Below are positions 23,920 through 36,787 of a stretch of 64,000 bases of DNA, one piece after another. A model generated the notes under the pieces. The model worked only from the letters and a program-made list of their open reading frames with translations. It was not told the DNA's origin and did not search any database. A program made the translations under genes and the position numbers. The stretch is from Camelus dromedarius (lineage: Eukaryota), in NCBI RefSeq assembly GCF_036321535.1, contig NC_087437.1:37822001-37886000 (forward strand), read 5' to 3'. The stretch's first letter is position 1; every line of letters starts with the position of its first letter.

Positions 23920-26350
23920 TAAGAGGAATGTGAGTGGAGTGATGTATGGAATAGAGCAGTAAAAAGAGCAAGTGTGAAACATTCCTTTAAGAAGTTGGTG
24001 TTTATGTAAGAAAAGAGGATAAGGCAATGGTTAGAGGATGATATGGGGCTGAGTTAACATAGTAAAGAGTTTAACTTATCTATAATTTTAGTAAAAGAAC
24101 AGATTATCAGGGAAAAAACAGGAGATTGTATAGTGAGGAAGCAAAATTTTATAGAAGATGAAAGAGAAGATTATTTAAGACAAAGTTTGGAATTTAGCTT
24201 TGACCTGAAAGAGAGAAACTTTTCTTTTGAAACTTGGGGCAAAGAAGTATAGTTGGATATAGAAGTATATGTTTTTAAGTAAAGGATTTCATGCCTAGAG
24301 TTCTCCATTTTCTTTATGAAATAGAAGGTTAAATTATCTGCTTATAATAAGGGTCACAGGCTGTTGAGGAACAGAAGAAAAATGCAGCAAATTTTCACTG
24401 AGCAGAATTGGAAAGGGAGCAGTTAAGAGACTGTTAAAAATTTCCAAGCAATCTTTATGACCGCCTTGAAGTTAGAGAGCATATATTTGCAGGGGTACTG
24501 ACCAGTGTAATATTCTCCAAGGGCTCTCAGTGGTCTAGTTGCAGACAGAAGTCTTGGTTGTTCCAGAATTGACTTACTCTTTCATTTTCATTCATTTAAA
24601 AGTGTACTGAGTACCTCATATTTGCCAGGCACTGGGTTTTGCACAGGATGTACACAACAACAACAACAACAACAAAGGAGAACCCATGGATATCAGTTAG
24701 GGTTCAGCTAGGGAAGCAAAACCAGTAGGAAAGAGGCCCAAGCAGGATGAAACCCCAGGGGCACAGTTAAAGCTCTCACCCACAGGGGAATTTCTTCTCT
24801 CTTTCAAGGAAAAGCTCAGACCTATTTTAATGTCCTTCCAACTGATTGAGCCAGTCCCATCCAATTTATCCAGGATAAGCTCCCTTATTTAAAGTCAACT
24901 GATCAGGGATTGGCAAAATATCTTCACAGCAACACATAGATTAGTGTTTGATTGAATCAGTAGGGACTTTAGCCTAGCCAAACTGACATATCTAAAAAGC
25001 CATTATACCGCCCTTAAGAAGTTTATTTCCTAGTTCAGAGTAAGATGGATAGAGAGATGATAATATTAGAGTATGCTTGTCCTGTGAAACAGTGAGGACT
25101 TCTGAACACAAACCAAGGACCACAGGAAAGGAGGGGTCTGTGCTGAGTAGGAGCTAGCCTGGAGAGGTTGGAAAGTGGGTACTGGCAGAGGAAGCAGCTT
25201 AGACAAAGTTCCAAAGACAGCATCTCCCATTCAGAAGACAGCAGATAATTCAACTCATTTCAACTGTGGCATGTGAGATGGAAGGAAATGAGATAATAAC
25301 AAGCAGCTGAAGTCCGATGATAAAGGACAATACATACCGCAAGAAAAGCTTGGATATTATCTTGAAAGTTATGCAAAGCTTTTGGAGTTTTTAAATGAGA
25401 TAATGCATTTAAATTATCTATCACAATGCTCGTTATGTAATGTATCCTCAATAGAACAGATATTTTATTATATAAATGACTATAAGTAACAACTTGATAT
25501 AAAATCAGCAGCTGCATGAAGAAAACAATGAACATGGACAAGAATGAGACCATGAAGGTTATAATACTTTTCAATTGGAAATGAGGTAAAAATTTAAATA
25601 TTATCTATAAGAATGTAGAGACACAATAGGATCTGGTGAGTAGTTGAATGTGGGGGCAAAGTCAAGAAAGGAGAGGGTAGTTATATCCTGATTTCTGCCC
25701 CAGTCCAGTGGGTAGGTAGCTATACCAGTCGTCAAGATAAGAGTATAGCAGGGGGAGAACTTGGGAAATAGATAAAATGATGACTTTACCACTGGACATA
25801 TAGAATTTGAGTTGCTTTAGAGACATCCAGGCAGAAATGTCAGATAGTTGGATTTTTGAGTGTGAAACTCAGAAAATAGGTTAGATATGAAGGCATATGC
25901 CAGTATTTCTCAGATTCTAGCATGCACAAAACACCAGAAGCTCTTGTTAAAAATCAAGCTTTCAGAGACATATTCCCTAATTGGTGATTCTCAAACCCTG
26001 TGTCCCAGAACTGAAAAGTAGTTCATAGACCAACTTAGAGTCATGCTTATAAAGATTTTGCAGAAAATCCAAACACATGGAAGTATAATATTTTTTAAAC
26101 TGTGAGAACAGATGAATTCAGCTAGGTAGAGTAGGAAATTATGAGAGTCAAAAACAGAACCCTGAAAAAAAAGATAAACATTAAATAGATTGGCTGAGAA
26201 AGTTGAACCCTCAAAGAAAACTGAGAATGGTGGGTAAGAGAAAGTTACAAGGAATCCCAGGAGTGGGAAGGAGAGACTTTCAGGAATGAAAAATCAAAAC
26301 AAGTGCCAAATGGGCAGAACAGTCGATAATGATACTCACATATACAGCAT
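23920..26350 (-). mobile_element. L2 fragments (antisense), interrupted by MLT2 and MER5
   Basis: Purine-rich antisense L2 text; 3' end ttcattcatttaaaagtgtactgagtacc at about 24590. Confidence 0.65.
24690..25008 (-). mobile_element. MLT2D-like ERVL LTR
   Basis: ttaaagtcaactgat...agattagtgtttgattgaat...tagcctagccaaactgacata. Confidence 0.8.
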
Positions 26351-26424
26351 TATTATCTTTATCAACAAGCTCCTTGGAAAGCCAATTTTCAATTAAGGCA
26401 ATGTAATGGAGATAGTGTTTGAGA

Positions 26425-27660
26425 AAATTCATTTATTAATTTATTCAACAATTATTTGTTGAGTTCCTACTCTGAGTCAGGCTCTGTTCCAAGAACTAAG
26501 AATGTAAGAGGCAACAGGACAAAAAAGAATCTATGTCCTTAAAATGGGAAATTTTTTAAAAAGCAATAAATATATAGAGGTTTAGATGGTGAAATGATAT
26601 GGAAAATAATAAATAGAGGAAATATAGTGCCAAAAGGAGGAGGGCTACTATTTTACGTAGAGTAGTTTGGGAAACATCTCTAGGAAGCTTCCATTTGACT
26701 GATGAGCCCAAGGAAGTGTAGAAAAAAAGCTATACAACTATCTTGTTAAAGAATATTATAGGAAAAGAAAATAGCAAATGCAAAGATCCTGTGTTGTGTG
26801 CGTGTGTGGAATGTTTCAGCATCAGCAAGGAGATCAGGGTGGGTGAGGGGAGAGCAGTGGGAGAAAAGGATAGAGAAATAGTAGATCTCCAGAATGTGTA
26901 AGGCCTTGCAGGCATTTGCAAGTTATTTAATGTTTATTCTCAGTGAAATGAGTTGCCTTTTGGAAATTTTAAAAATAGGGAAAACATGATATGACTTATG
27001 TCTTAATAGGATTACTCTGGCTATTGCTTGACAACAGCCTGTAAGTGAGTGAGTATGAATAAAGGGAGCCCAGTTAGAGGTTACTGTAATAATTCAAGTT
27101 AGAAATGGTGGTTTGAGCCAAGGGTAGCAGTAGAGAAGAGTGATTGGAATCATTTTATATAGTACTGAAGATAGTACTGAATCGTTCACCGGTGATTTGG
27201 ATGAAGGTTATGAAATGAACACTTCAAGGATAATCCCAAGTATGTAGATCTAAACAACTGAACATGGAATGAACCATCATTTATTTAAATAATGGGGAAG
27301 AAGATTGTGGAAGGTACAATTTGGTCAGGGGTTGTCCTGGGTAAGGGTGGAAGTGAATCAGTGTTCAGTATTAGACATGCTATGATTGAACATGCTATGT
27401 TTAAACATCTAAGTAGTGATATTGAAAACAAAATTGTATGTATGAGTCTAGAGTTCAGGGAAGAGACTGGGTTGGAGATGTAAGTTTGGGGGCTATCATC
27501 ATATAGACCATGAGGCTGGAGCAAGTCACATAGAAAATTGGTTAAAAGGTGAAGGAAAAGAGATTCAAGGACTGAGACTTGGGCCATTCCAATATTTAGA
27601 AATCAAGGAGTTGAAATGGGAGACAGCAAAGGAAACTGAGACGATACGGTCAAAAATGTA
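26425..27660 (-). mobile_element. L2a 3' part, antisense
   Basis: ttcatttattaatttattcaacaattatttgttgag tail and collinear antisense L2 body. Confidence 0.8.
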
Positions 27661-27669
27661 GGAAGAAGA

Positions 27670-28191
27670 CTTCATCTACTTGGCCATTTCTATAAGCATA
27701 CAAATGTTTTAATATTTTTTCCATTAAGAAACCCACACTGATTCCACATTTTTCTCCAGCTCTCACTACATATTTTTTCCATCAAGCAACACTTCTTGAA
27801 AGAGTAGGTTTTTCTCGCTGTCTCCAATTTCTTTCTTACAATTCTCTCTTGAAAACACTCCAGTCAGATGTTTGTTCCAATACACATGCTCTTTTTAAGG
27901 TCACCGATGACATCCTCATTGCTAAAAGCAATGATCACCTTTCATCTCCCATTTAACTTGGCCCATTAGCATCACTGGATGCAATTATATGCTTTCTCCT
28001 TTTTGAAACGTTTGCTTTACTTGGCTCCCTGTCTCCCCAACCCTGTACAATGACTGAACCTTTGCTTAGTTTCCAGGAAAGCACTCTGTCTTCATTTTCC
28101 TCCCACTTCTCTGATTATGCCCTTTCAGTCTCATTTGCTGATTTCATTTCTTTGATATGTATAATATGTATATTCCTTGATATTCCCCGAG

Positions 28192-28249
<58 letters not shown>

Positions 28250-29120
28250 ATCTCAGGACTTAGGCCTTGGAATCCTTTTTAATATCTGCATTTACTCCCT
28301 ACTTAATCATCCAGTTTCACAAATCTGTCTGCTAATGGCTCCAAAATTTGTATTTCTGTTCTAGATGTTTTCTTTGAACTATAGACTTTAATACAGAACT
28401 ACCTAATCAATGTCTACTTAAATGTCTAATAGGCATCTTAGTATCTTCAAAACTGATCTCATGACATTCATCCCCAATAGATCCACCCTCAGTCTTTCAC
28501 ATCTCAGTGCATGACAACACCATTTCTCTGGTACTCAATCAAAAACCCATATGTCATACTTGATTTCTTTTCCTCACATCCTGTATTTGACACATCAACA
28601 ACTCTGCCTTAATTATGCTATTCTTCTGCTCAGTATCCTCCAATGGCTTCTTTTCCCATTCTTAATAGAAACACAAATCCTTAAATAATCTACGAAACCT
28701 CCCAGATCTGACTTTCTATTACGCCTTTGATGTTTTCTCCTTGCTCTTGTTACTTGACTTCAGCTCCATTTACCTTCTTGCCTTTCCTCAAACATATCAG
28801 GCATCCTCCCGAAATTAGAAACTTTGCATTTGCTGCTCCCTCTTCTGGAAAGTTCTCCCCTCAGATATCCACATTATACAGTTCCTAACTTTTTTCAGAC
28901 TTCTACTCAAACTTAATTTTTTTCAGTGAGTCCTACCCTGTCCACCCTATCTAAAATTGCCTGAATTTTTTTTCCCTTGGTAAACTGATACACTTTATAT
29001 TTTACTTAGTAATCTTTATTGTTTTCTCCAAACTAGAAAATAAGTTCCATATCTCCCAGGTCTAGAACAGGGCCTGGTATGTAATAGTCAAGAAATTATT
29101 TGCTGAAAAATGAATAATGA
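27670..29120 (+). mobile_element. L2a 3' part, sense
   Basis: ttttaaggtcaccgatgacatcctcattgctaaa...tctagaacagggcctgg...ttgctgaaaaatgaat. Confidence 0.8.
28194..28246. repeat. (TA)n microsatellite
   Basis: Pure TA run of about 26 units. Confidence 0.98.
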
Positions 29121-29129
29121 ATATGATCT

Positions 29130-30455
29130 CTCTTGCATTATCAGCATTTATCTCTTTTCTAGCTCGTACCTATCAGCATACAAACATGATTTTAAAATCT
29201 CTCACCTTAAAAATAAGAATATCCCTTAAATCTCTTAACTCCCCCTGCTCACAACCCACTTTCTATGCTCCTTTGATAGCATGTAAAAGGTATCTCTTCG
29301 TCGTTACTGTTTCATTTTCCTAACATCTCGTCTCTGCTGTATCTAGCTCAAATAAGGCTTCCACTTACACTTGTCCCTTGCCTCTGATGGCTTTTTGGTT
29401 GCCAAAAGAACACTCACATCTTTGTCATCTATATTCAGACCTCCCAACAGCATTCAACAGAATTGAATCTACCTGCCTTCTGGAAACACTCTCTTTTCTT
29501 GACTTTTTGGATAACACATTTGTATTGCTTATCTCAGATTTGCTTTTCTGTATCAGTCTGCCTTTGGCAGAAAGAAATTCACACATGTGAATGTCACCTC
29601 CAAAGAGGGGTGGGAGAGTAGCCTTGTAGACTTATCTTTTAGTCAGAGGGGACTCATAATTGGCAATTTAAAAAAAAAATAGAAATCTGTTCAAAGGTGC
29701 TGGAGACTTAAATGTGACAAAAGTTCACTACACCTCTCCAGATTGAATATATTACAGAATACTCTGCTTTACCTTCAAAATATATCTTGTATCCATCTGT
29801 GTCTTTAGCTTCACTGCATCACTTTAGTTCAAGTTACCATCATTTCTTTGCTGGAACACTTAAATAGCTGCTTGTTCTTCTATGGCCATATTTCCCCCTG
29901 TTCCACACATTTTCCACACAGTAACTTAGAATGATCTTTTTAAAAAACATTGATATCCAACCACTTAGAAGACTCAGTGAACAGTGATTTCCCACTGTAC
30001 TTTGACTAAGTCCAGATCTTTACCATGGTATACAAGATTCTGTATGATTTGGTCCTTTAACTTCCTATGTCTCAAGGACATCCCATAGCTTTCCTAATTG
30101 TCAATGGTTTTCATATCCTTGAATGTTTTCCCTTATTCTCCCCTTTGTCTGCAATATTCTGTGCCAATGAGACCATGAGGCTAGTTCATCTCTACCATTC
30201 AGTTCTCATCTCAAAAGTACTTCTTCAGATAAACTTCTCCTAACTAAAAAATAATAATAATAATAATGATAATAATTAGTCCCTCATCCTATCATCCATT
30301 TTATTCTATCACTCTTTGATTTTTTTCTTTATGGCACTTGTATTATTGACTTCTGATTGTTCTATTTTCCTTTCTCTAGGATGAAAGCTATCTATAGCTA
30401 TCTCTACCCTTTCACCAGAGCCTAAACAGGGCACATGGTAGACACTCAATAAACA
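29130..30455 (+). mobile_element. L2 3' part, sense
   Basis: cagcattcaacag...gggcacatggtagacactcaataaac. Confidence 0.65.
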
Positions 30456-30531
30456 AGGTAATTTTCTATTTCAGCTCTAAGATAATACTTAATTGAGGAG
30501 TGGTACCAGAACTCATTTTTTGGAACATGGG

Positions 30532-31056
30532 TGTAAGCAGCAGTCTCCAAGATGATGCCTCCAGTGATCCCCACCTCCTGATATTTGTACTCTGTGTATT
30601 TCCCTCCCCTTGAGTGTGGCTGATTTATTGACTTGCTTCTAATGAATAGGATAAGGCAAAAGTGATAGGTTGTCACTTCTGAGATTAGGTTACAAAAAGA
30701 CTGTGCTTATATCTGGGTGCCCTCTACTGCAGTCTCACTCATTTGCTCTGGGAGAATCCAGCTACCATGTTGTGAGGAGCTCATACAGCAAATAACTGAT
30801 GTTTTCAGCCAAGAGCCACTGAAGACCTGAGGCTGCCAACAGCCACATGAATGAGTTTGGAAGGGATCTTTCCCAAGTTGAACTTTAAAATGACTACAGC
30901 CCTGGAGTGCAGTTTTTGAGAGACTCTAAGTCAGAACCACTGATCTAAGCAGTACACAAATTCCTGACCCCAAAGAACCAAGAGATAATAAATACGCTTT
31001 ATTTAAAACAATGAAGTTTTGGGAAATCTGTTACACAACTATAGTTAACAAATACA
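30532..31056 (+). mobile_element. MLT1F-like MaLR solo LTR
   Basis: TG...CA ends with perfect 5-bp TSD ATGGG (30527-30531, 31057-31061). Confidence 0.9.
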
Positions 31057-31384
31057 ATGGGAAGCATCTTCTATATTGTGGATTTGGATTGTGGGAGAGT
31101 TTTCTGTACTCAGAAACCAGAAGAAGGAAAGGGAGTTAAAAATTTATAATAGAGAGAGGGTCATTGGATAGAAAATGGCCTAGGAAATATTGTATCTACT
31201 TTAATGACTTCTGAATTTTGCCTTATTTCCACCATTTTTTACATGCCAAGGAATTAAAAAAAATACTTCTCAGGTTCTCCTTCTTTCCCCAGCCACTTAC
31301 TTAAATGTATGTGTAATAGAGGGACAAGGGACTAGGAATGGGGCATCACTCTAAAGAAACTAGAAACATTTATTAGATTAGCCA

Positions 31385-31522
31385 ATAAACAGTAATGCCT
31401 CAGCTGGGAGCTTGTTATAAATGCAGACTCTCAGGCTGGAACACAGACCAACAGAATCGTTATTTTCATCTTCACACATCCCCAGATGGTCCTTATACCC
31501 AGTGCAGTTTGAGAAGTGGTGC
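31385..31522 (+). mobile_element. MER5-family MITE
   Basis: gagcttgttataaatgcagactctcagg...agtttgagaag. Confidence 0.7.
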
Positions 31523-31630
31523 CTTACATTACTAGTGAAGTTGGAACCATTCATCTACAAAATTGATACTTTAACACAACCTAAGAAAAAGTATATCTTA
31601 TATATTGTAATTTGTTTATATTAGTGTTAG

Positions 31631-31774
31631 GGTTATAACATGCAATTCTGATTCATGAAGAGATATTATCATGGGATCTGGAGTAACTACAGTTCTTGAT
31701 TTACAGTCAGAATAGCTAACACATTTCAAATGAACTTCAAATGTTCATCTAAACTTCATTGTTTATATAGAAAA
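31631..31774 (+). pseudogene. Pseudo-exon (144 nt, phase 2-2): VITCNSDS*RDIIMGSGVTTVLDLQSE*LTHFK*TSNVHLNFIVYIEK
   Basis: Acceptor ttgtttatattagtgttag|, donor aaa|gtaaac; phase 2 matches both neighbours. Confidence 0.48.
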
Positions 31775-32092
31775 GTAAACAGTTCGATTACCCTTTGCTA
31801 GGGTTACTGTTTGAAAGTTAGCTTTCTGAAAGTATTTATATGTGTATATTTCAAAAGCATTAAATTATGAAAGTGAAATTTACATGACTTGTCAGTTCAC
31901 TCTGCTAGGAAGATTTAAAAGGTGAATTAGGTTTTATAAAACTTACTGAATCTCTATATATATTCAACATATCTTTAAGATACTTCAAATATGTGAAGAG
32001 AAAAAATCATTTTAATTTTGTCTTCAAAATGCAATTTTGTTCTTGGGCTGATTCAGCAGAGTAGAAATAATTTTGACATTTGTAATTTCTAG

Positions 32093-32280
32093 ATGTGGTT
32101 TAATATAAGAAGAAAAGTCCTTGAGGGAAATTTGTGTTTGTGGATTTAAAAATTTATGTTGAACAGTTTGAAAGTGTGACTGAGAAAAAAGCAAACATTT
32201 GAACTGAAAGACTGAATCACCAGAATGGAAAATGTTTACTCATCTGATTAATAAAGACTTGCCTGTGATATTACTCTTAA
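32093..32280 (+). pseudogene. Probable terminal pseudo-exon (CGLI*EEKSLREICVCGFKNLC*) with AATAAA at 32250
   Basis: Acceptor tttgtaatttctag|; phase 2; AATAAA 32250-32255, distal ATTAAA 34061-34066. Confidence 0.45.
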
Positions 32281-35200
32281 GCGCAGAAATAACATCACAT
32301 TACCTAACCCAAGAAACTTTCATGTCTAGGGTCAATGCCAGTAAAGACTGGGTGATTTGTGGGGGTGGCAGTGATGGGGGTAGGGCTGACAGAATTTTGA
32401 GATTAACTCTCTTTTGGCAACTCTTAAAGCTGCAACTCTTATAAATCAAATAGAATTTAACTTTTTAATTTATATTAAAAATAAAATTTTTGTTTATAGT
32501 GGCAATCATGCGGATATCTTGATCTTTTTTTTAAAAAAAAATATAGCCTTTTATTGTGAAACGTATAAGTTGATTTCATGTATTATGTCACAGATTGACT
32601 AACATTCCCATGAATGTTAGGCAGAGTAGATCTATTCCATTGAAGATTACATTCTAACTGATACTATATAATAAGCATTTCAACTCAATTGCTCTGTTAT
32701 GACCAGTGACCAGAAAGTTTATGCTTAAGGGTATAAAGTTAAGACAATCATTTACTAGTGTGAAACTCTTAAGCATGATAGGGCAAATGTGAATATCAGT
32801 TTGGTTAATGTGAATTAGTTACTACAAATTAATGTTTTGAAGATATTTTAAGATTAAAAAAATTTTAAATGGTACCTAAGAAGAAATGATGAATTTTCAT
32901 ATATTCCTATCATGTGCTTAAAAATACTTGGAAAGATTTTTGATGATGATGATGATCACAATTTTGTATATTTTCATAATTAAGGTATATCCAAATGTTA
33001 ACATAATCTATCGTGCAGTGAATTCAGTAAGTGCGTTGAGTGGCTATAGGACTGAAAGTGTAACTAAGTGTCATGTACATATTTTTCACAGTCAGTGCTT
33101 TGCTTATAATAGTGTTTGTTTCTAAAGCATTTTTGGCATTTTTCTGGTTATAATTTTTGTTATCATTGTTGCTGGGGTAGGATTTTGTGTAGATCTCTGT
33201 TAAATTCACCATTTGGGAATATAATGTTGCTTAGAAAGATAAATGCAGCATTTTGAGCCATTGAGAGATGCTGTAGTATAATTAAGACAAAAAAATTTAG
33301 GAGATGAGAGGTCTATATAAAGTAAAATTGTGTCTATAGTTAGGATGAAGTAAGTATTGTGCTTCTGGGGATTACTGCCTAAACTTTAGTTGAAAAGGAA
33401 TTTCCCTGTGGTTTAGTATTATTAAATTATATGGGTTATGGAGCTTTTGCATGTTTTTTTGGAGTCATCTATCATTAGTCTTGTCACACATGGAATTTGA
33501 TGATACTGTGCACCAAGAGGTGTGCACAGTGTGTTCTTGAGCCCACTTTTCTGCACTGTGCGACTCATAGAGAATCAGATCATACTCTCAGAGATTTTTT
33601 TTTTTTAAAAAGCAGCATTGCTTTTAAAGACAAAGGATTTTTTGTATCATGTTCCTTGAGTATGTGAAAGTGCATCCTGTTTGAATGCCACTAACTTTGA
33701 AAGTGAGTCGATCTTCTTTGAACATTTTCTTGTAATAATTTCCTATAATTCTGGACTCACTGAATCCACAATGCTATTGAAAAACATTTAGTTCAAGGAT
33801 TTTATGGCTTTGGACTGAACCACTAATTACTGGATATATTTAGTACAAAAGCACTAAAGAATACAACTCAGTAAAAGCAAGAAATTTACAGATAATACAT
33901 CAAAACTCTATGGTTATCAGAATTTGCTACCTACCTACAGTTGTGCCTCACAGAGTGGTAAAGACCTCCATCAGTATTCTGCAGTGCTCTTTTTTTTTTT
34001 CCTGTTGAAACATCATAAATAACAATTCATTATATAATTATTCCTGTGTTCATATTTGTTATTAAACAACTTATTTTTTCAGGGACAATGAACAATAGAT
34101 ACAGAGTTTCAGTTTTTAGAGGTCCATTATATAATTTTCATGCTTAATTTCACCCCCACAAACACACAAACTCAGAGCTCCCCTAGGCTGGTGAGTTTAC
34201 CAGAAGATTAATCTATTAGAGATAATTTTAGTCATGTTATGACAGAATGTTTCCAGGAAATTACCATGTTTATATAGCATTTTACTGGGTATAGGGATAT
34301 CTGTGTAAGGTAATCATTTCTGTTTTGTGTGAGGTCTGAAAATTGTGCTTACCTGGTTGGCATATTCCAATCCACCACACCAATTCTTGGTGCAAGGTCT
34401 CATACTTAGATTTTATCCTTTGAATTCAGGCTGTCTTGTTGTTGTGCTCCTCTCTGGTGACAGCAGCTACATAGTGTCTCTTTGCATTAGAATACAGGTG
34501 TATACTAGGTTTCATTGATATTTTTTGACAGAAATTTTCACTTGTATCTGTTTTACAAACTTTAATTCATTCATTCATTTTCTTTCTTCATGATCTGTTT
34601 CCAGAAAGTGATTTTCTGTTACTATTGAAATCATTATTGCAATTATTGCTGTTTTGATAACTATTTTATCTTGCACTACAAAATATGTAACTCATAATTA
34701 GTCAAACAATCACAAATTACTGTTAACATTACAGAATTTTATCTAGTACCAAATAAAGGCATCTCTCTCATTTTGCAAAATCTGAATTTTTGATCTTTTT
34801 AATTGTGACTCATTTTGTAACCCCATATAAGTATGCTATGAACTGGATATTAACAAGGTGAAGGAAGTTCAAAATTATATATATAAGTTGATTTTTTAAT
34901 ACCAACTTGCTAAAGATAAACTTTCTTTTTAATACTTTCTTTAAAGCATGTCATTAAAAATGAACTGAAATGTCCTAGGGATAAAAAGGGTTTTTAGAGG
35001 TTATTAATTCAGTTTCCAGAAAGTACTGCAAGTAAATCATCTCTGACAGATTGGTGTCTTTTTTACTTATATAGACCTCTAGAAAGAAAAGTTCTATATA
35101 TTTAACTATTCTTACTGTGAAAAATGTTTAATTACTCCTAACATAAAATGTTCATGTTTCAGTTTCAGATGATGATGATGATTTGGGCTCTGGCTCCATT

Positions 35201-35699
35201 AGAGGTAAAGAACAAACTTTCTCCGTCTTGTACTGATAATATTCGTATTTATGAAATCATTATTAAGTTACACCTCAGCTTTTTCTTTTCTACTCTAAAT
35301 CCTTTTATTATCTCATTACCATCTTCAACTTCTCTGTAAGAATTTGTCCTTTTTGGATTGACATCTGTTCTACAGATAGTATAGATATAATATAAATTAA
35401 CATATATCATGTCTAAATTTCAGCCTTTTTATCTGTTATCACCTCATTAGAAATCAGCTAGATATATTGTTACCATGTTTGGACAGTATGATTAGGAGGG
35501 GCTGTCTTCAAAACTGGGTATTAGCATACTCCATTTTGGGTTTTTGGAGCTCAAGGACACCTTTAAAAGAGAAAGCAGTCATCCAACAACATTGAAAAAT
35601 GAACCTAAATTCTTATCAAATTTAGTGAATATGTTTGGAATGGTAAGAATTAAATTATGTGCTATGTGAAGTATACAGAATTCATTTGAAGGCTAAAGT

Positions 35700-36125
35700 C
35701 TGAAAGCAACTTAAAAAGCAGTCATTTACTTGAACAGCCAGACATGAGGCAATTATAAGAAAAGTTTTATGCTTATGGAAAGAGACAATGTGTATTAAAA
35801 TGTCATGACCATTATCTCAGGAGTGAAGTGGTGGTGTCGACTGGTAAAGAGTGCGAGGGAGCCAGATAGGAAGCTGGAAATATTCTAAAATGTGGCTTGT
35901 GGTTAATAAGGGCATATGAATAAGTATATAAAAATCTATTTAAATATTCATTTGTGGTTTGTGCATCTTGCTAAATGATGCAAGCCATAGCTCAATTTAT
36001 CTATTTATTTTTTAAACACTTTTATTGTGGTATAATTTCTGTACAGTAAACTACACATATTTCAAATGTACAATTTGATGAATTTTGATAGACATATACA
36101 CCTATGAAACCTCAATTTAAAAGAA
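35700..36125 (+). mobile_element. Old L1 3' end containing a short antisense L1 3' end (36000-36110)
   Basis: Nested piece flanked by 9-bp TSD CTCAATTTA (35991-35999, 36111-36119). Confidence 0.7.
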
Positions 36126-36787
36126 AAGGAAATCATGGACAGATAAAAGAAATTGGCGATTGAAATCTGAGCCCCCAAAATCAAAGTCACAAAGGCAGAT
36201 GCTCAAAATTGCAAACGATGATTTTCAACTGCTTTGTTTACAATAGGAGCAACTCTCAGTAGCATATTATAGGGTGAACAGCCCTAGAGATTTGTTTATG
36301 TAATAATAGCTAATGATTTTTCAGAGGAATAACAGACCAGCTGGTGTATGCGTGCATGTGTGTGTGTGTGAATGTGTATGTGTGTGTCTGCATAGGTGTA
36401 GATTTGGGTATGTTTATTTTTATTGTTAAAAATTATTATGTTTGTTGCAAGCAAAAAGCACAGAAAAGTATAAAGTTAAATTAAAACCATCATAATTCAG
36501 TATAAAATCATATTCAACAAAGCTTTACTCCAATGTATTTCATTTTAATCTATTTGCTTGAAAGCGTCAATGTTTGCTCCAGATTTCCTCACAGCTTCCA
36601 CTGGGGAAACAGTCAATAGATTATGAAATAATTTATCTTTATAAGTATTATCATTAACAAAGTCTTGCAATATATAGCCTATTACTTTCTTAGTGACTAA
36701 AGTTTTTGTTCACATCATTAAAATCAAATGGTAAAATAGGATTATATTTTATGGATGAAATTTAGGGAACAGACTACCTTATTAATA

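Larger units (their letters stand above)
497..32280 (+). pseudogene. Decayed multi-exon (unitary) pseudogene, GREB1/GREB1L-like; 5' end probably upstream of the window
   Basis: About 15 repeat-free blocks bounded by pyrimidine tract-AG and GT donors. Intron phases agree between neighbours except around the degraded exons. Translations are protein-like with internal stops, and motifs are collinear with remembered GREB1/GREB1L sequence. Confidence 0.72.

Noticed and set aside
28050..28364. ORFs with YIYIYI, poly-I or poly-Y tracts (also 50955..51185, 50988..51182)
   Set aside because: Microsatellite translation artefacts
497..32280. Calling the locus GREB1 or GREB1L
   Set aside because: Only motif-level similarity and many stops; the true orthologues are highly conserved, so no gene symbol is assigned
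33480..33590. Pre-miRNA
   Set aside because: Stem of about 11 bp only, and no mature sequence I recognise
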